A stretch of 64,000 bases of DNA from Octopus sinensis (GCF_006345805.1 NC_043012.1:16802001-16866000); one strand, 5' to 3'. Counted from the stretch's first letter, positions 36,930 to 50,502 are shown. Numbers and translations are program-made. The notes: generated by a model from the sequence alone, not told the origin.

Positions 36930-37442
36930 GCACACACCAGAAAAGGTAACAGAAAACGAGAAAGCAACCATACTCTGGGATATGCCGATACACACAGATA
37001 GAGAAATTAAGGCCAACAGACCAGATATAGTTGTCAGAGATCATGAAGAAAAAAAATGCTTTCTAATTGATGTATCAATACCGGCAGATGACAACGTGTC
37101 TCTAAAAGAAATGGAGAAACTCTCAAAATACAAAGACCTGGAAATAGAGGTAACTAGAATGTGGAATCTGAAAACAGAAACAATTCCTATCATAGTAGGT
37201 GCATTAGGCATGATAAAAAAATATTCAGACAAATACATAACAAAAACACCAGGACTTACAAACATACAGGACTTACATAACATACAGAAAATTGCACTAC
37301 TAGGCACTGCACACATCCTACGCAGAACACTTTCCATACAATAACCATCAGAGCATCACAACAAATCACAGCACATACCCAAGGCACACAGAGCTGCGCT
37401 CGGTAGTGAAGTGAAAGCACGCTATAAAAATAAAACTACTGA
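36930..37442 (+). mobile_element. R4/Dong-like non-LTR retrotransposon 3' end (restriction-like endonuclease) in (TAA)n
   Basis: ORF 36982-37344 has RPDIVV..IDVSIP..EKLSKYKDL..GALG..QKIALLGTAHILRR; short 3' UTR; TAA repeats on both sides. Confidence 0.88.
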
Positions 37443-37469
37443 ATAATAATAATAATAATAATAATAATG

Positions 37470-37980
37470 ATAACTGTCTTGGTATAAAAGATGGGCTACA
37501 ACAAATATTCGGCTCAATACCACAGATTTGCTTGTCAGTTGTTTGACCATAACCAGTTGAGCATGTCCCTTAGTGGCTGAAGATATGTACATCCCTGATC
37601 ACAAGCAGAAGTAGAGGGGGAGCATCATAGCCATGTGTCGATAGGAATTCTTTGGGGTTTGAATAATTCACCTGTAGAAACATGAGTGTTTTGTTCATCA
37701 TCCTTAAACAACCCTTATTCAGGGACCTTTTGAGTGGAAAGGAGCACTTGACCGAAAGAAAATTCTAACTGGGTCTCACCTGCAAGATCATGTGCTGTTT
37801 ATTTTCATATGGGGTCACTATGTCATGCAAATATGGTTGTGATGCATGTGCCTGGTGTACCCTTATCATTCGGGTAGTCATCATGGGTATATTAGGCTTC
37901 GTATATTTGTGCCCCAGTGTCACTTTGATGGCATGCATTGCTCTCTCACTCAATAATAATAATAATAATAATAATAATAT
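37470..37980 (+). mobile_element. Family D repeat ending in (AAT)n
   Basis: Longer homologue of 30110-30480. Confidence 0.72.
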
Positions 37981-38144
37981 GATTTCACTTATTTGCCACC
38001 AAGGCAAAGGATGAGGGGAACAGTATAAAACAGACACAAAGTGTTGGGGTTTACATATAATGAAATGATAAAATATATAAACTAACAACAAAAAAGAATG
38101 AAAGGGAAGGAAAATATACATAGTATACAAAGATGAAAGAAATA

Positions 38145-38232
38145 AGTGGGGAATGATAGACAAGTGCGGAATGATAGAGATTGAGGAATGATAGAGAAGT
38201 GGGGAATGATAGACAAGTGGGGAATGATAGAG
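38145..38232. repeat. ~18-bp minisatellite (AAGTGGGGAATGATAGAC), about five units
   Basis: Direct reading. Confidence 0.8.
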
Positions 38233-38419
38233 ATTGCCTTCTCCAATTCCCTTTCTCTGACTCACAGATCTACACTTTGAGAGGTACCATCCACTCTTGC
38301 CATTTTCACAACTTTCACCCACCTTTCAATAAACTCACTCGAGGACAGCACTTCCCTCTCCACCCACAATTTCCTTTCCAAGTGAAACTTGAAGAATTCA
38401 ATTAAATTTTGGTACAAAG

Positions 38420-39370
38420 CCAGCAGTTTTAGAAGCAAAGAGTTAACTGATTTCATTGACCCCGGTACTCATGCTTTATTTTATCAACCTTAAAAGGATG
38501 AAAGGTAAAGTCGATCGTGACAGGATTTGAACTTGGAATGTAAGGACTTGGAACAAATACTTCAAGACAGTTTTTCTGACACTTAAATGATGCTACCAGT
38601 TTGAATAATAACAACAATAATTATCTTTTCTACAATAGGCACAAGGCCAGGAATTTTGAGGGAGGGGGCTAGTCGATTACATCAGCCCCTCAGTGTTCAA
38701 CTGGTAATTATTTCATTGACCCTAAAAGGATGAAAGGCAAAATCAACCCGGGTCGAGTTTGAACTCAGAATGTAAAAAATAGACAAAATGTTACCAAGCA
38801 TTCTGTCCAGCATTCTGTTCTGCCTGCTTGTCACCTTAAAAAAAAAAAAATCCTTTCTATTATAGGCACAAGGCCTGAAGTTCTGTGGGAGGGGACTAGT
38901 CAATTACATCAACCCCAAAATTTCACTGGTATTTAATTTATTGACCCCAGAAGGATGAAAGGCAAAGATCACCTCGGTGGAATTTGAACTCAGAATGTAG
39001 CAATGGTGAAATACTGCTAAGCATTTTGCCCCATGTGCTAACAACTCTGCCAGCTCGCTGCCTTAATAATAATAATTATAATAATAATAATAATAATAAT
39101 GGTTTCAGATTTTGGTACAAGGCCAGCAATTTGAAGGGGAAGGATTAAGTTGATTACATCGACCCTAAAGCTCAACTGGTACTTAATTTAACCACCCTGG
39201 AAGGATGAAAGGCAAAGTTGATCTCGGTGGAATTTGAACTCAGATGTCCTAACGATTCTGCCAGCTTGCCAAGAGAAATGCATTGGTCAGTATTATCTAC
39301 TCCAGTGCTTGACCTGTACTTTATTTTATTGAGTCCGAAAGGACGAAAGGCAAAGCTGAATCGGCATCAT
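38420..39370 (-). mobile_element. Cluster of four to five SINE B (mostly B2) copies in the same orientation
   Basis: Repeated AAAGGATGAAAGGCAAA..GAATTTGAACTCAGAA motifs separated by TAA runs. Confidence 0.75.
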
Positions 39371-39449
39371 TGTCATCAACTTCATTATCATCATCATTTT
39401 CCTCGTGACACATTTTTCTCAAGTTACATGTACATAGATAGGATATTTG

Positions 39450-39660
39450 CCTGAGGACGTGTCCAGTCCACTTCCGTCTTGGATTCTTTTGGTGCTTGTT
39501 GTTGTCTCAAGTGTCTTGTCTTTGGACTCTTTGCAGCCACTTGATGTCGAGTATTCTCCTTAAGTATGTGAATTGGAAGCCGTCCATGGTTTTTTGCTTC
39601 CATTTTTGTCACTTTCCAGTTTAGGGTGCCCTAAAACCACATGACGAAGGACCATTGACA
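39450..39660 (-). mobile_element. RTE LINE fragment
   Basis: Minus frame gives MDGFQFTYLRRILDIKW...RRKWTGHVLR. Confidence 0.65.
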
Positions 39661-39739
39661 AGGAAAGGAGTTGAGAAGGGCGGAGAAGCTGGAATGAAAT
39701 ACACAGTGATACATGGATTGAGTCACACATTTCCTAATG

Positions 39740-40560
39740 CTGCTGCTATGTAAAAAAATGCTCAGTCCACTGTGTAAGGTGGTTGGTGTTAGGAAGGGCA
39801 TCCAACCATAAAAACCATGTCAAAACAGACAAAGAAGCCTGGTGCAGTCTTCTGGCTTCCCAGACCCCGGTCGAACTGTCCAACCCATGCTAGCATGGAG
39901 AACGGATGTTAAACGATGATGATGATGATCATCATCATCGTTTAACGTCCGTTCTCCATGCTAGCATGGATTGGACGGTTCGACTGGAGATCTGGGAAGC
40001 TAGAAGGCTGCACCAGGCTCCAGTCTGATCTGGCCGTGTTTCTACAGCTGGATGCCCTTCCTAACGCCAACCACTCCGTGAGTGTAGTGGGTGCATTTTA
40101 CGTGCCAGGCGAGGCTGGCAATGGCCATGATCGGATTGGTGCTTTTTACGTGCCACCAGCATAGGTGCCCGGCGAAGCTGGCAATGGCCTCGATTGGATT
40201 GGTGCTTTTTACGTGCCACCAGCACGGAAGCCAGTCAAGGCGGTGCTGGCGTCGGCCACGTTCGGATGGTTCTTTTTACGTGCCACCAGCACAGAAGCCA
40301 GTCAAGGTGGTGCTGGCATCGGCCACGTTCAGATGGTGCTTTTTACATGCCACCAGCACAGGGATCACTACTGCAGTTTCCATTGATTTTTGATGTTGGT
40401 GTACTTGGCTCAATGGATCTCCTCAAGCACAGGGTCAAAACGGTGTTTCTTTACTTGCCACCTACACAGGAGTCAGTCTGGCGGCCCTGGCAACTGCCAG
40501 GTGCCAGCCATAGGGTTGGTTCAATTTCGATTCCGATTTCACTTGCCCCAACAGGTCTTT
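39740..40560. mobile_element. Two SINE C copies tail-to-tail forming an inverted repeat
   Basis: Plus copy ends in (GAT)n at 39930; minus copy begins immediately; centre GATC at 39927-39930. Confidence 0.85.
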
Positions 40561-41020
40561 ATGATGATAATCATTTTTACTTTAGGTATAAGGTCTGAAA
40601 TTTTTTAGGGGAGGTGACTAGTCGATTACATCGACCCCATAATTTGTCAACTCAGAAAGGATGAAAGGCAAAGTCCATCACGGTGGAATTTGAACTCAGA
40701 ACATAGCAACAGGCGAAGTACTGCTAAGCATTTCGTCCAGTGCACTAACGATTCTTTTAGCTCACCACCTTTGATGATGATGATAATGGTGACACATTAC
40801 ATATGTTTCAATTTGTTTTGAAAATAATCAAAAACTTAAAGAGATTTTAATTATTAATTTTTCTTTCATTAAAAATGATGTTTAGAATATAACAAAATTT
40901 TCTTATATAAAATTGAAGTTTAAGGCTTTCAAGTAAAATATGAAGGTTTTAAAACAGCAGATTCTGCTTGATAGAATAAGAGGCTGTCTTCAAGCAGATG
41001 AATATTAAAATAGATACTTT

Positions 41021-41412
41021 CTCTTTTACCCTTTTACTTGTTTCAGTCATTTGACTGCAGCCATGCTGGAGCACCGCCTTTAATCGAGCAACTCGACCCC
41101 GGGACTTATTCTTTTGTAAGCCCAGTACTTATTCTATCAGTCTCTTTTGCCGAACCGCTAAGTTACGGGGACATAAGCACACCAGCATTGGTTGTCAAGC
41201 AATGCTAGGGGGACAAACACACACACGCACATATATATATATATATACATATATACGACGGGCTTCTTTCAGTTTCCGTCTACCAAATCCACTCACAAGG
41301 TTTTGGTCGGCCCGAGGCTATAGTAGAAGACACTTGCCCAAGGTGTCACGCAGTGGGACTGAACCCGGAACCATGTGGTTTGTAAACAAGCTACTTACCA
41401 CACAGCCACTCC
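41021..41412 (-). mobile_element. SINE family A
   Basis: Reverse complement of the family A sequence. Confidence 0.87.
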
Positions 41413-41639
41413 TGGTTCAATTGCAAGAATGAAATTGTTATAAAGAAAAACATTACCTTCTTTGGTTAAATGCACAACTTTCACCTAGATTATATGTTCC
41501 AGGAAAAACTACATTAAATAATGTAGTCCTAGATACACTATGTGTGAATAAACAAGCCCAAAATAATACCAGATGTAGTGGCCATAGTTGGAATGGCTTT
41601 CATTATAGGTTCCACTTCCTCAGTCCTCCCGACAACCAT

Positions 41640-42300
41640 GATCGCAAACATACCACCCGGATTACAACTGGTACCAACACCATCCCTATGGTCATTGACA
41701 TGATCATTATCTTCACCATCACCATCATCATCATCATAACCATCGTCATCAATTCAACTGACTTCACCATCACCATAATCAATACAACTGTGACCATCAT
41801 CATCATCATCATCACCACCACAATTATAACGGTCTTCAAGTGCCTGTCTCACCATCATCATCATCATCATTGCGGCCATAGTCATCATCATCATAACTAT
41901 AAGCATCATTATAACTGGTACCACCACCACCACCATTGTAACTAGTGCCATCATCATCATCATGATCACAATCGCAACCATTAGTATTATTACAAATGGT
42001 ACCACCCTTACTATCACCACTACCACATTATCATCATCATCGTCATCACAACCACAACTGTCATTACAGCTGGTACCATCAGCATCATCTCCATCATTTG
42101 CTATAGTCATCATCATCATCATAATCATTTTCGACATCAGCACCAAAGACAACCACTACTACTACCACCACCACCACCACTGCTACCATTATGCACACAG
42201 ACACAGATGTTGCTTGCTACTGCTGCTGTCGCCACCACCACCACCACCACCACCACCACCACCACCACTAACACCATTGCAACCACTGCCAGTGATTCTC
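41640..42300. repeat. Degenerate (CAT)/(CAC) trinucleotide low-complexity tract
   Basis: Direct reading. Confidence 0.8.
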
Positions 42301-42444
42301 TAGTTTGATGTAAATGACTTCCTTGATATTCCAGTTCCATCTCAACTGATCGGATTATTACAGAGAACTGGGAACTGGGAATACTGCAGACGATGTTGCT
42401 ATTGTTTTTCAGGCTTTCCACCATAGCCACCACCATCAACTCTG

Positions 42445-42512
<68 letters not shown>

Positions 42513-42599
42513 TACTACTCAATCCCCGCCCTCGTACCGTGTCTCACAATCAAAGAAAACATTTAAGTGTTTTATTTTAAAAGAAATCCGGTAGATTCA

Positions 42600-42942
42600 A
42601 GTCATACACACCACACACACACACACACCACACACACATTTGTGCACATATACTATACACCACACACACATGCATGCGTATATGCATACACATTGCATTC
42701 ATAAATACATTTCATTATCTCATATTCATTCACTCCTTTGTACATATATTACATGCATAGAAATATACATGCATGCATTACATTATCTTATATGCATACT
42801 CATTTGTACACACATACATTACATATATGCATACATATATACATTATCGTATATATATATATATATACACTCATTACATACATGCATATATTACATGTAT
42901 ATTCATACATTCACACATATGTACATTACATACATACATTAT

Positions 42943-42977
<35 letters not shown>

Positions 42978-43495
42978 TAATTACATACATACATTACATA
43001 TATATTCATGCATTCATATATATACATACACACATTACATATATATACATAATTTTACATATATACATACATTACATACATATTCATACATTCACACATA
43101 TGTACACACACACACACACATACATAAATACGCACATATCCATACATACATACATACATACATACATTTTATATACATTCACACATACATACACATGCAT
43201 ATATACACACATACATGCACACATACATACATACACACATACATTATATACACATGCATACGTATACACACACACATACATACACACATACATACACACA
43301 TACATGCACATACATACTTAAACACACATGCATACATACACACACATGCATACATACATACATACACACATACATACACACACATGCATACACACATACA
43401 TACATACATACACACACATACATACTTAAACACACATACATACATACAGACACACATACATACACACATACATACACACACTATATACATTACAT
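42600..43495. repeat. Long compound (CATA)/(CA)/(TA) microsatellite
   Basis: Direct reading; a similar tract lies at 54420-54712. Confidence 0.9.
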
Positions 43496-43992
43496 ACAAC
43501 TGCCAACACAACCACTCTCTTCATTGCTAACAATACAGTTTAATCACCACCACCACCACCACTACCCCCTCCACCACGAGCACCTCCCACCACTCCTCTG
43601 CCTTACTTACTGACTCCCTCCCAATATACTTAAAACTCTACCACCAGAACTATTTGTTAAGAAACATCATCAATAATCTCAAGAATGGATCAATGCCACA
43701 ATCACTACAACAACAACAACAACAGCAAAGATAATGGTTTCCTTATCCTCTACTATACTACTCCTCTTTGCAACCCTCCTTGCAACCCTTTTCTCCTCCT
43801 GCTGCCCTCCCCTCCCTTTCCTACCACTACTCCCCTTCCTGCCACCCTTTTCCCTCCCCGCCCTGTCGCCCCTCCCCCTCCGCATCCCCCTTTCAACCAG
43901 TTTTCAATCATGAAATCTTGATTGTAATGACAAATCTTGCAAGATTTATTTATTTATTTATTTATTTATTCTGTCTGCTTGCCTCTATCTGC

Positions 43993-44025
<33 letters not shown>

Positions 44026-44035
44026 CGTGTGAATG

Positions 44036-44066
<31 letters not shown>

Positions 44067-44504
44067 GTGTGTGTGTGTATCTGCCTCTCTGCTGTTGCTT
44101 TGATCTTGATTTCTTTAGACTTTGTGCAAGACTAAATTTATTTATTTTCCCCTGTGAGGCTGTGTATAGTCAGCTTAATTGACCTTGGTTTATCACTGGT
44201 ATTTATTTAAAGGGGTCAGTTTTTTTTTTTTTTTACGTTTAGAGCAGTGTGGCATGATCTTTTTGCAGGGACCTTGAAAACTGGTCACCAGTTGGAAATA
44301 GGGGCAGTTAGCCTCAGATCGGGTACCTAGCTGGAATGTTTGTAACAAAGTGGATAGATTCTGTTTAATGGCATCTCGAAGTCTGGGTGGAAGTGGAGTT
44401 AAGGAAACCAGAGGTTGGAAGGTGAAGTTAGCCATGATGGGATATGAACCCAGCTCACTGAGAGAGAAGAAATGAAGGAGATAGAGAGAAAGGGAGAGAA
44501 GAGA

Positions 44505-45165
44505 GTGGCTGTGTGGTAAGGAGCTTGCTTCCTGACCACATGGTTCCAGGTTCAGTTCCGCTGCGTGGCACCTTGGGCAGGTGTCTTCTACTATAGCCTC
44601 GGGCTGACCAAAGCCTTGTGAGCAGATTTGGTACACAGAAACTGAAAGAAGCTTATCATATATATATATATATATATATAGCGAGATCGTTGCCAGTGCG
44701 GCTGGACTGGTTTCTGTGCAGGTGGCACATAAAAAGCGCCATTTGAGCGTGGCCATTGCCAGTACCACCTAACTGGCCCTCGTGCCAGTGACATGTAAAA
44801 GCACCCACTACACTCTCAGAGTGGTTGGCGTTAGGAAGGGCATCCAGCTGTAGAAACTCTGCCAGATCAGATTAGAGTCTGGTTTGCCAGACCTCAGTCA
44901 AATCGTCCAACCCATGCTAGCATGGAAAGCGGACGTTAAATGATGATGATGATGATGTATATATTTATGTGTGTCTCTGTCTGTCCTCGCATCATTGCTT
45001 GACAACTGATGTTCGTATGTTTATGTCCCCGTAACTTAGCAGTTCAGCAAAAGAGACTGATAGAATAAGTACTAGGCTTCCAAAGAATAAGTCCTGGGGT
45101 TGATTTGTTCGACTAAAGGTGGTGCTCCAGCTTGGTCACAGTGAAATGACTGAAACAAGTAAAAG
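44505..45165 (+). mobile_element. SINE A split by a SINE C insertion at its internal TA microsatellite
   Basis: A 5' half 44505-44660; C 44690-44957; A 3' half 44965-45165. Confidence 0.8.
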
Positions 45166-45506
45166 AGAAAAAGGGAGAGATCTAAATTATTGTTTCTAAC
45201 ATAGACACAAGATCTGAAATTTGAGAGGGAGGGAAGTTATTTGATTAAATAAAATTGCCCCTGGTATATGACTGGTATTTTATTTTATTGATCCTGGAGG
45301 CATGAAAGATAAAGGTGACCTTAGTGTGATTTGAACTCTCGGCATAGAGCTTAGACAAGTGTCCTCAGGTCATTTTGTCTGATGGTCTAACTTTTCTGCT
45401 AAACTTTCCCAACCATATGGTTCCAGGTTCAGTCAATGCCTTTTCCAGTCTCAGACTGACCAAAGCCTTGTGAATGGATTTGTTTGGCAGAAACTAAAAG
45501 AAGCCC

Positions 45507-45549
<43 letters not shown>

Positions 45550-46277
45550 ATATCTGTCTGTCTGACACAAAATCACCCCCTCTAATGCCCCCTCTCCTCT
45601 TGAAGGATCTTTGTCTTCCTCCTCCAAGTTATTTGGTGACCCTGCCAGTGTTGATGCCATGCAAAATGCATCCAGTCCACACTCCAAAGTGGTTGGCATT
45701 TGGAAGGGCATCCAGCTGTAAAAACCATAGCAAAACAGACCTTTGCCTGTGCTTGTGCCACGTAAAAAGCACTGAGTCCACTCTGCTGGGTGGTTGGTAT
45801 TAGGAAGGGCATCCAGCTGTAAAAACCATGCCAAAACAGACACAGAAGCATGGTGCGGGCTCCTGTCTAGCCAGCTCCTGTCAAACCGTCCAACCCATGC
45901 CAGCATGGAAGGCGGATGTTAAACAATGATGATGATGATATATAAGATAATATTTAACTCTCACTAAAAGTGGATGTTGTTAGAACATAGAATACTGTTT
46001 ATTTGCTATTTGGTATTAAGTCTGCTTCTGTCATTATCAATTATGTGTGCATGTATGTGGGTATCCCCCATAACAGCTTGACAACTGATGTTGGTTTGTA
46101 AGGGACTGATGGAATAAGTGTCAGGCTTAAAAGACAAATACTGGGGTTGATTTAACTAAAACCCTTCAAGGCAGTGCTCCAGCATGGTCACAGCCCATGA
46201 GCGAAACCAGTTGAAGTTAAAGAAAATATGAAATACATTGATAGAAGGCCATAAATTTTGAGGGAAGGGTACAATAT

Positions 46278-46448
46278 ACATTATTTACATTATTTATATT
46301 TGACGGATATTTGTCCTCATCTTGTTTGTTGTTAATGCAACATTTCAGCTGATATACCCTCCAGCCTTCATCATAGGTCACTGCCTGGAATCGAACTTGG
46401 AATCTTAGGGTTAGTAGCCCGCGCTCTTAACCACTATGCTATATGCCC
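46278..46448 (-). mobile_element. Family H element: intact tRNA-like head, internally deleted, truncated HHR
   Basis: Minus strand: GGGCATA TAGCATAGTGG TTAAGAGCGCGGG CTACTAA CCCTAAGATTCCA AGTTCGATTCC (A and B boxes) joined to TGATGAAGGCTGG..CAGCTGAAAT. Confidence 0.8.
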
Positions 46449-47329
46449 GTGGGTACAATAATATAACTCATACCCCAGTGTATCACTGGTACTCGATTTA
46501 CTACATCCCTTCCCCTTCTCATGGGATGAAAAGCAAAACAGACATGAGTGAGATTTCTGCTCAGCATCTAAAAGGAATTGGCATTAAATACTGCCAGGAA
46601 TCTAATCCTTCTCATAACTGTTCTTGTCACTCATCACCCTAAATACCATGAAGATATCTAGTTTGGTGCTTCGCTAATCCTGTTGACTCACAAACATCTT
46701 AGAACATCGATTGCTTTTTTTCATGTTTTTTCGTCTTCAGTTTTTTTGACTAGTCATTTTGGTAGCAGAGGAGCAGAGAGATGAGGAGGATGTGGGAAAA
46801 TTTCTTTAAGCTTTCTCCAATAAGATAAGTGTTGTAAAGCAAATGTATGGTTTCATTTGAGAATTAAAACTGGATTGGCTGATGTGGATTAGAGTAATCT
46901 CACTACATTTGCATTTACTCAAGTTGCTTCTAGAAATAACAACCAAAATCTCCCTCAAATCACGCTCTGCTGTCTTCCCCACTGCCCCTTTATTTGTCTG
47001 GTCTGAAGGAAGGAGCTATGTTCATAGCTTTTGCAGGCCCTTTAAGTCCAGCGAGATTAATTTAGTTAATGTTCTTTTTGAATGAAGAAGTGCCACAATG
47101 GTGTGGCTGATGGTTGCAACAATAGACAAAGGATGAAGACATGTGTTGCTGGTAGATATGAGTTGGAATCAGGCTGTGAATAATGAATGCACAACATCTG
47201 TGAACAAGTAACAGAATCTTATTTCATAATTTTCGTGTTGGTCATGAATTAGAAACTGCAGCAACAAAGTTTACACACTGGAAAGACTATTATAATATAT
47301 AACTCTTACACTATTATAATATATAACTC

Positions 47330-48085
47330 TGGCCCCCGTGCAGGTGACACGTAAAAGCACCATCCGTTCGTGGCCGTTTGCCAGCTCTGTCTGGCCCCGT
47401 GCCGGTGACACGTAAAAACACCATCCGTTCGTGGCCGTTCGCCAGCTCTGTCTGGCACCTGTGCAGGTGGCACGTAAAAAACACCCACTACACTCGCGGA
47501 GTGGTTGGCGTTAGGAAGGGCATCCAGCCGTAGAAACACTGCCAAATCTGACTGGGCCTGATGAAGCCTTCCGGCTTCACAGACCCCAGTTAAACCGTCC
47601 AACCCATGCTAGCATGGAAAACGGACGCTAAATGATGATGATGATGATGATGAAATAGTTGATTGAAAAAAGTTCTGTAAGTAATAAGTGCAGAAGTGGC
47701 TGTGTGGTAAGTAGTTTGCTTCTCAACCACATGGTTCTGGGTTCAGTCCCACTGTGTGGTTCTTTGGGCAAGTGTCTTCTACAATAGCCTCGGGCCGACC
47801 AAAGACTTGTGAGTGAATTTGGTAGATAGAAATTGAAAGGAGCCCATTGTATATATCATCATCATCATTGTTTAACGTCTGTTTTCCATGCTAGCATGGG
47901 TTGGACGGTTCGACCAGGGTCTGGGGAGCCAGAAGGCTACATCAGGCACCAGTCTGATCTGGCAGTGTTTCTACAGCTCAATGCCCTTCCTAACGCCAAC
48001 CACTCTGTGAGTGTAGTGAGTGCCTTTTACGTGCCACTGGCATGGAGGCCAGTTGAGGCAGCGCTGGCAACGGCTAACTTCAGAT
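47330..48085. mobile_element. SINE C (+, 47330-47652), SINE A half, SINE C (-, 47852-48085)
   Basis: Family motifs as above. Confidence 0.8.
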
Positions 48086-48107
48086 AGATCTTTTTATATA
48101 TATATAC

Positions 48108-48400
48108 CGTAAGGTTGTGAGTTCGAATCCCAGACCGGGCTGCGTGTTATGTTCTTGAGCAAGACACTTTATTTCACGTTGCTCCAGTTCACTCAGCTGT
48201 AGAAATGAGTTGCGATGTTACAGGTGCCAAGCTATATCGGCTTTTGCCTTTCCCTTGGATAACAGTGGTGGCCTGGAGAGGGGAGGCCTGTATGCATGGG
48301 TGACTGCTGGTCTTCCATAAACAACCTTGCCCGGACTTGTGCCTGGAAGGGTAACTTTCTAGGGGCAATCCCATGGTCAGTCATAACCGAAGGGGTCTCA
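48108..48400 (+). mobile_element. tRNA-derived SINE with a Meta/MESC-like core
   Basis: B-box GAGTTCGAATCCC followed by TTCTTGAGCAAGACACTTTATTTCACGTTGCTCCAG; diverged copy at 55080-55270. Confidence 0.6.
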
Positions 48401-48717
48401 ACATATATATATATATGTATATGTTTGTATCTGTGTTTGTCCCACCACCATCGCTTGACAACTGATGGTGTGTTTACGTCCTCGTAACTTAGTAGTTTGG
48501 CCAAAGAGACTGATAGAATAAGTACTAGGCTTACAGAGAATAAGTCCTAGGGTCGATTTGCTTGACTAAAGGTGGTGCTCCAGCACAGCCGCAGTCAAAT
48601 GACTGAAACAAGTAAAAGGGTAAAAGAGAAAGATGCCAGGTAAGGAGAAAATATACACTTTAAGTTCATGCTGTTGAACAATAGCGGCATATTGAGGTTG
48701 AGTAAGAGCTGTGATAA

Positions 48718-49607
48718 TCATCATCATCATCATCATCATCATCATTTTACGTCCGCTTTCCATGCTAGCATGGGTTGGACGGTTCAACTGGGGTCTGGGG
48801 AGCCCGAAAGCTGCACCAGTCCAGTCAGATCTGGCAGTGTTTCTACAGCTGGATGCCCTTCCTAATGCCAACCACTCCGAGAGTGTAGTGGGTGATTTTA
48901 TGTGCCAGGCGACACAGGTGCCAGACGAGGCTGGCAAACGGCCACGCTCGGATGGTGTTTTTTATGTGCCACCGACACAGGTGCCAGACGAGGCTGGCAG
49001 ACGGCCACGCTCGGATGGTGTTTTTATGTGCCACCGACACAGGTGCCAGATGAGGCTGGCAAACGGCCACGATCGGATGGTGTTTGTTACGTGCCCACAG
49101 CACGGAGGCCAGTCGATGCGGTACTGGCTACGGCCACGTTCGGATGGTTTTCTTGTGTGCCACGTGCCACCGGCACTGGTACCACAAGATACAATTCCAT
49201 TGATGTTCATCTATTTTGATTGTTTTGATTTGATTTGATTTTCACTTGCCTCAACAGGTCTTCACAAGTGTCACAAGAAGGAAGGTATGCACAGGTGGAC
49301 TGACTACGTCCCAGGTAGGGGCCACAGGTTATGGCCTGACTAGTCTTGCCGGGTCTTCGGATGGTGTTTTTATGTGCCACCGACACAGGTGCCAGATGAG
49401 GCTGGCGAACGGCCACGATCGGATGGTGTTTGTTACGTGCGGTACTGGCTACGGCCACGTTCGGATGGTTTTCTTGTGTGCCACCGGCACTGGTACCACA
49501 AGATACAATTCCATTAATGTTCATCTATTTTGATTTGTTTTGATTTGATTTGATTTGATTTGTTTTGATTTCATTTTGATTTTCACTTGCCTCAACAGGC
49601 CTTCACA
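48718..49607 (-). mobile_element. SINE C with 61-bp internal units and a partial self-duplication
   Basis: Near-identical units 48900-49080; block 49360-49607 repeats about 49010-49265. Confidence 0.82.
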
Positions 49608-49608
49608 A

Positions 49609-50081
49609 TCTATATATATAAAACTGTAGTTGTGTGAGTGTCTGTCCCCTTCGATTTAGATTCCTAACTACTCCCACATTTTGCGGTGCAGTTTAACCAA
49701 ATTCGGGTATCTTATAGTCGTGATTCATATCGAGCCCGTCTGGGTATTAGCGCGCATCTACGATGAGTCTACGATTTAAAAAATAATTTAACATCATTTT
49801 TTATTCCATTTTCATGCATATTTTTTCGTGTGTCGATGGCGGCGGAGTTGGCGTCCACGCTCACACCTGCACCTGTGGGGAAGGGAGTGTAAGGAAATCA
49901 ACGTCGTAAAGCGTTGTCAAGGAGACCAGCGTTCTTTTAGAACGACTTCATGGCTTGAAGACACCAAAACAGAAATGGCTAAGAAAGCCCCAATTGGCAT
50001 CTATAAGGGAAGTAACTCTCTAAAAATGCTTATATAGTTATTTCCCTTACAAACCCGAGCAACGCCGGGCGATACTGCTAG
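49609..50081 (+). mobile_element. Non-autonomous Helitron, same family as 1899-2745
   Basis: A|TC start; CCCGAGCAACGCCGGG hairpin; CTAG|T end; shared 5' 210 bp. Confidence 0.88.
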
Positions 50082-50306
50082 TTACTATTAAAAGCAGCAA
50101 AATGAGTATGTGGTTTGCTGTGGGTGGCCATAAACTAAAGATTGGCACTCGAAACATGACTCTTTGTAAGTCTTGTTAAGAGAATATTCTGGAGGGTTCT
50201 AAAATGATCTATCATGTAATGTCTCACTATTGGTTTGTCTATAACTCAGCTGATCACATGAAAAATCTGTTATTAAGCTGTGATTTTAACTTGACAATTC
50301 GTTGAT

Positions 50307-50409
50307 TCAGGTGTCCTGGGGAAATTTCGAACCTGGGTTCTCACTCCTAAGGTATTTTTCAATGTTATCATTATTATTATTATTCTTATTATCATCATTA
50401 TTATTATCG

Positions 50410-50442
<33 letters not shown>

Positions 50443-50502
50443 TCACTGCCTGGAATTAAACTTAGAATCTTGGGATTAGTAGCCCGTGCTCTTAACCACT
50501 AC
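50307..50502 (-). mobile_element. Family H element truncated inside the HHR core
   Basis: Minus strand: tRNA-like head, TAA spacer, then GGACAC CTGA, where similarity stops. Confidence 0.78.

Noticed and set aside
46380-46448. Possible tRNA gene (loop CTACTAA, anticodon ACT)
   Set aside because: Acceptor and T stems pair poorly and it is fused to the family H body, so it is a SINE head
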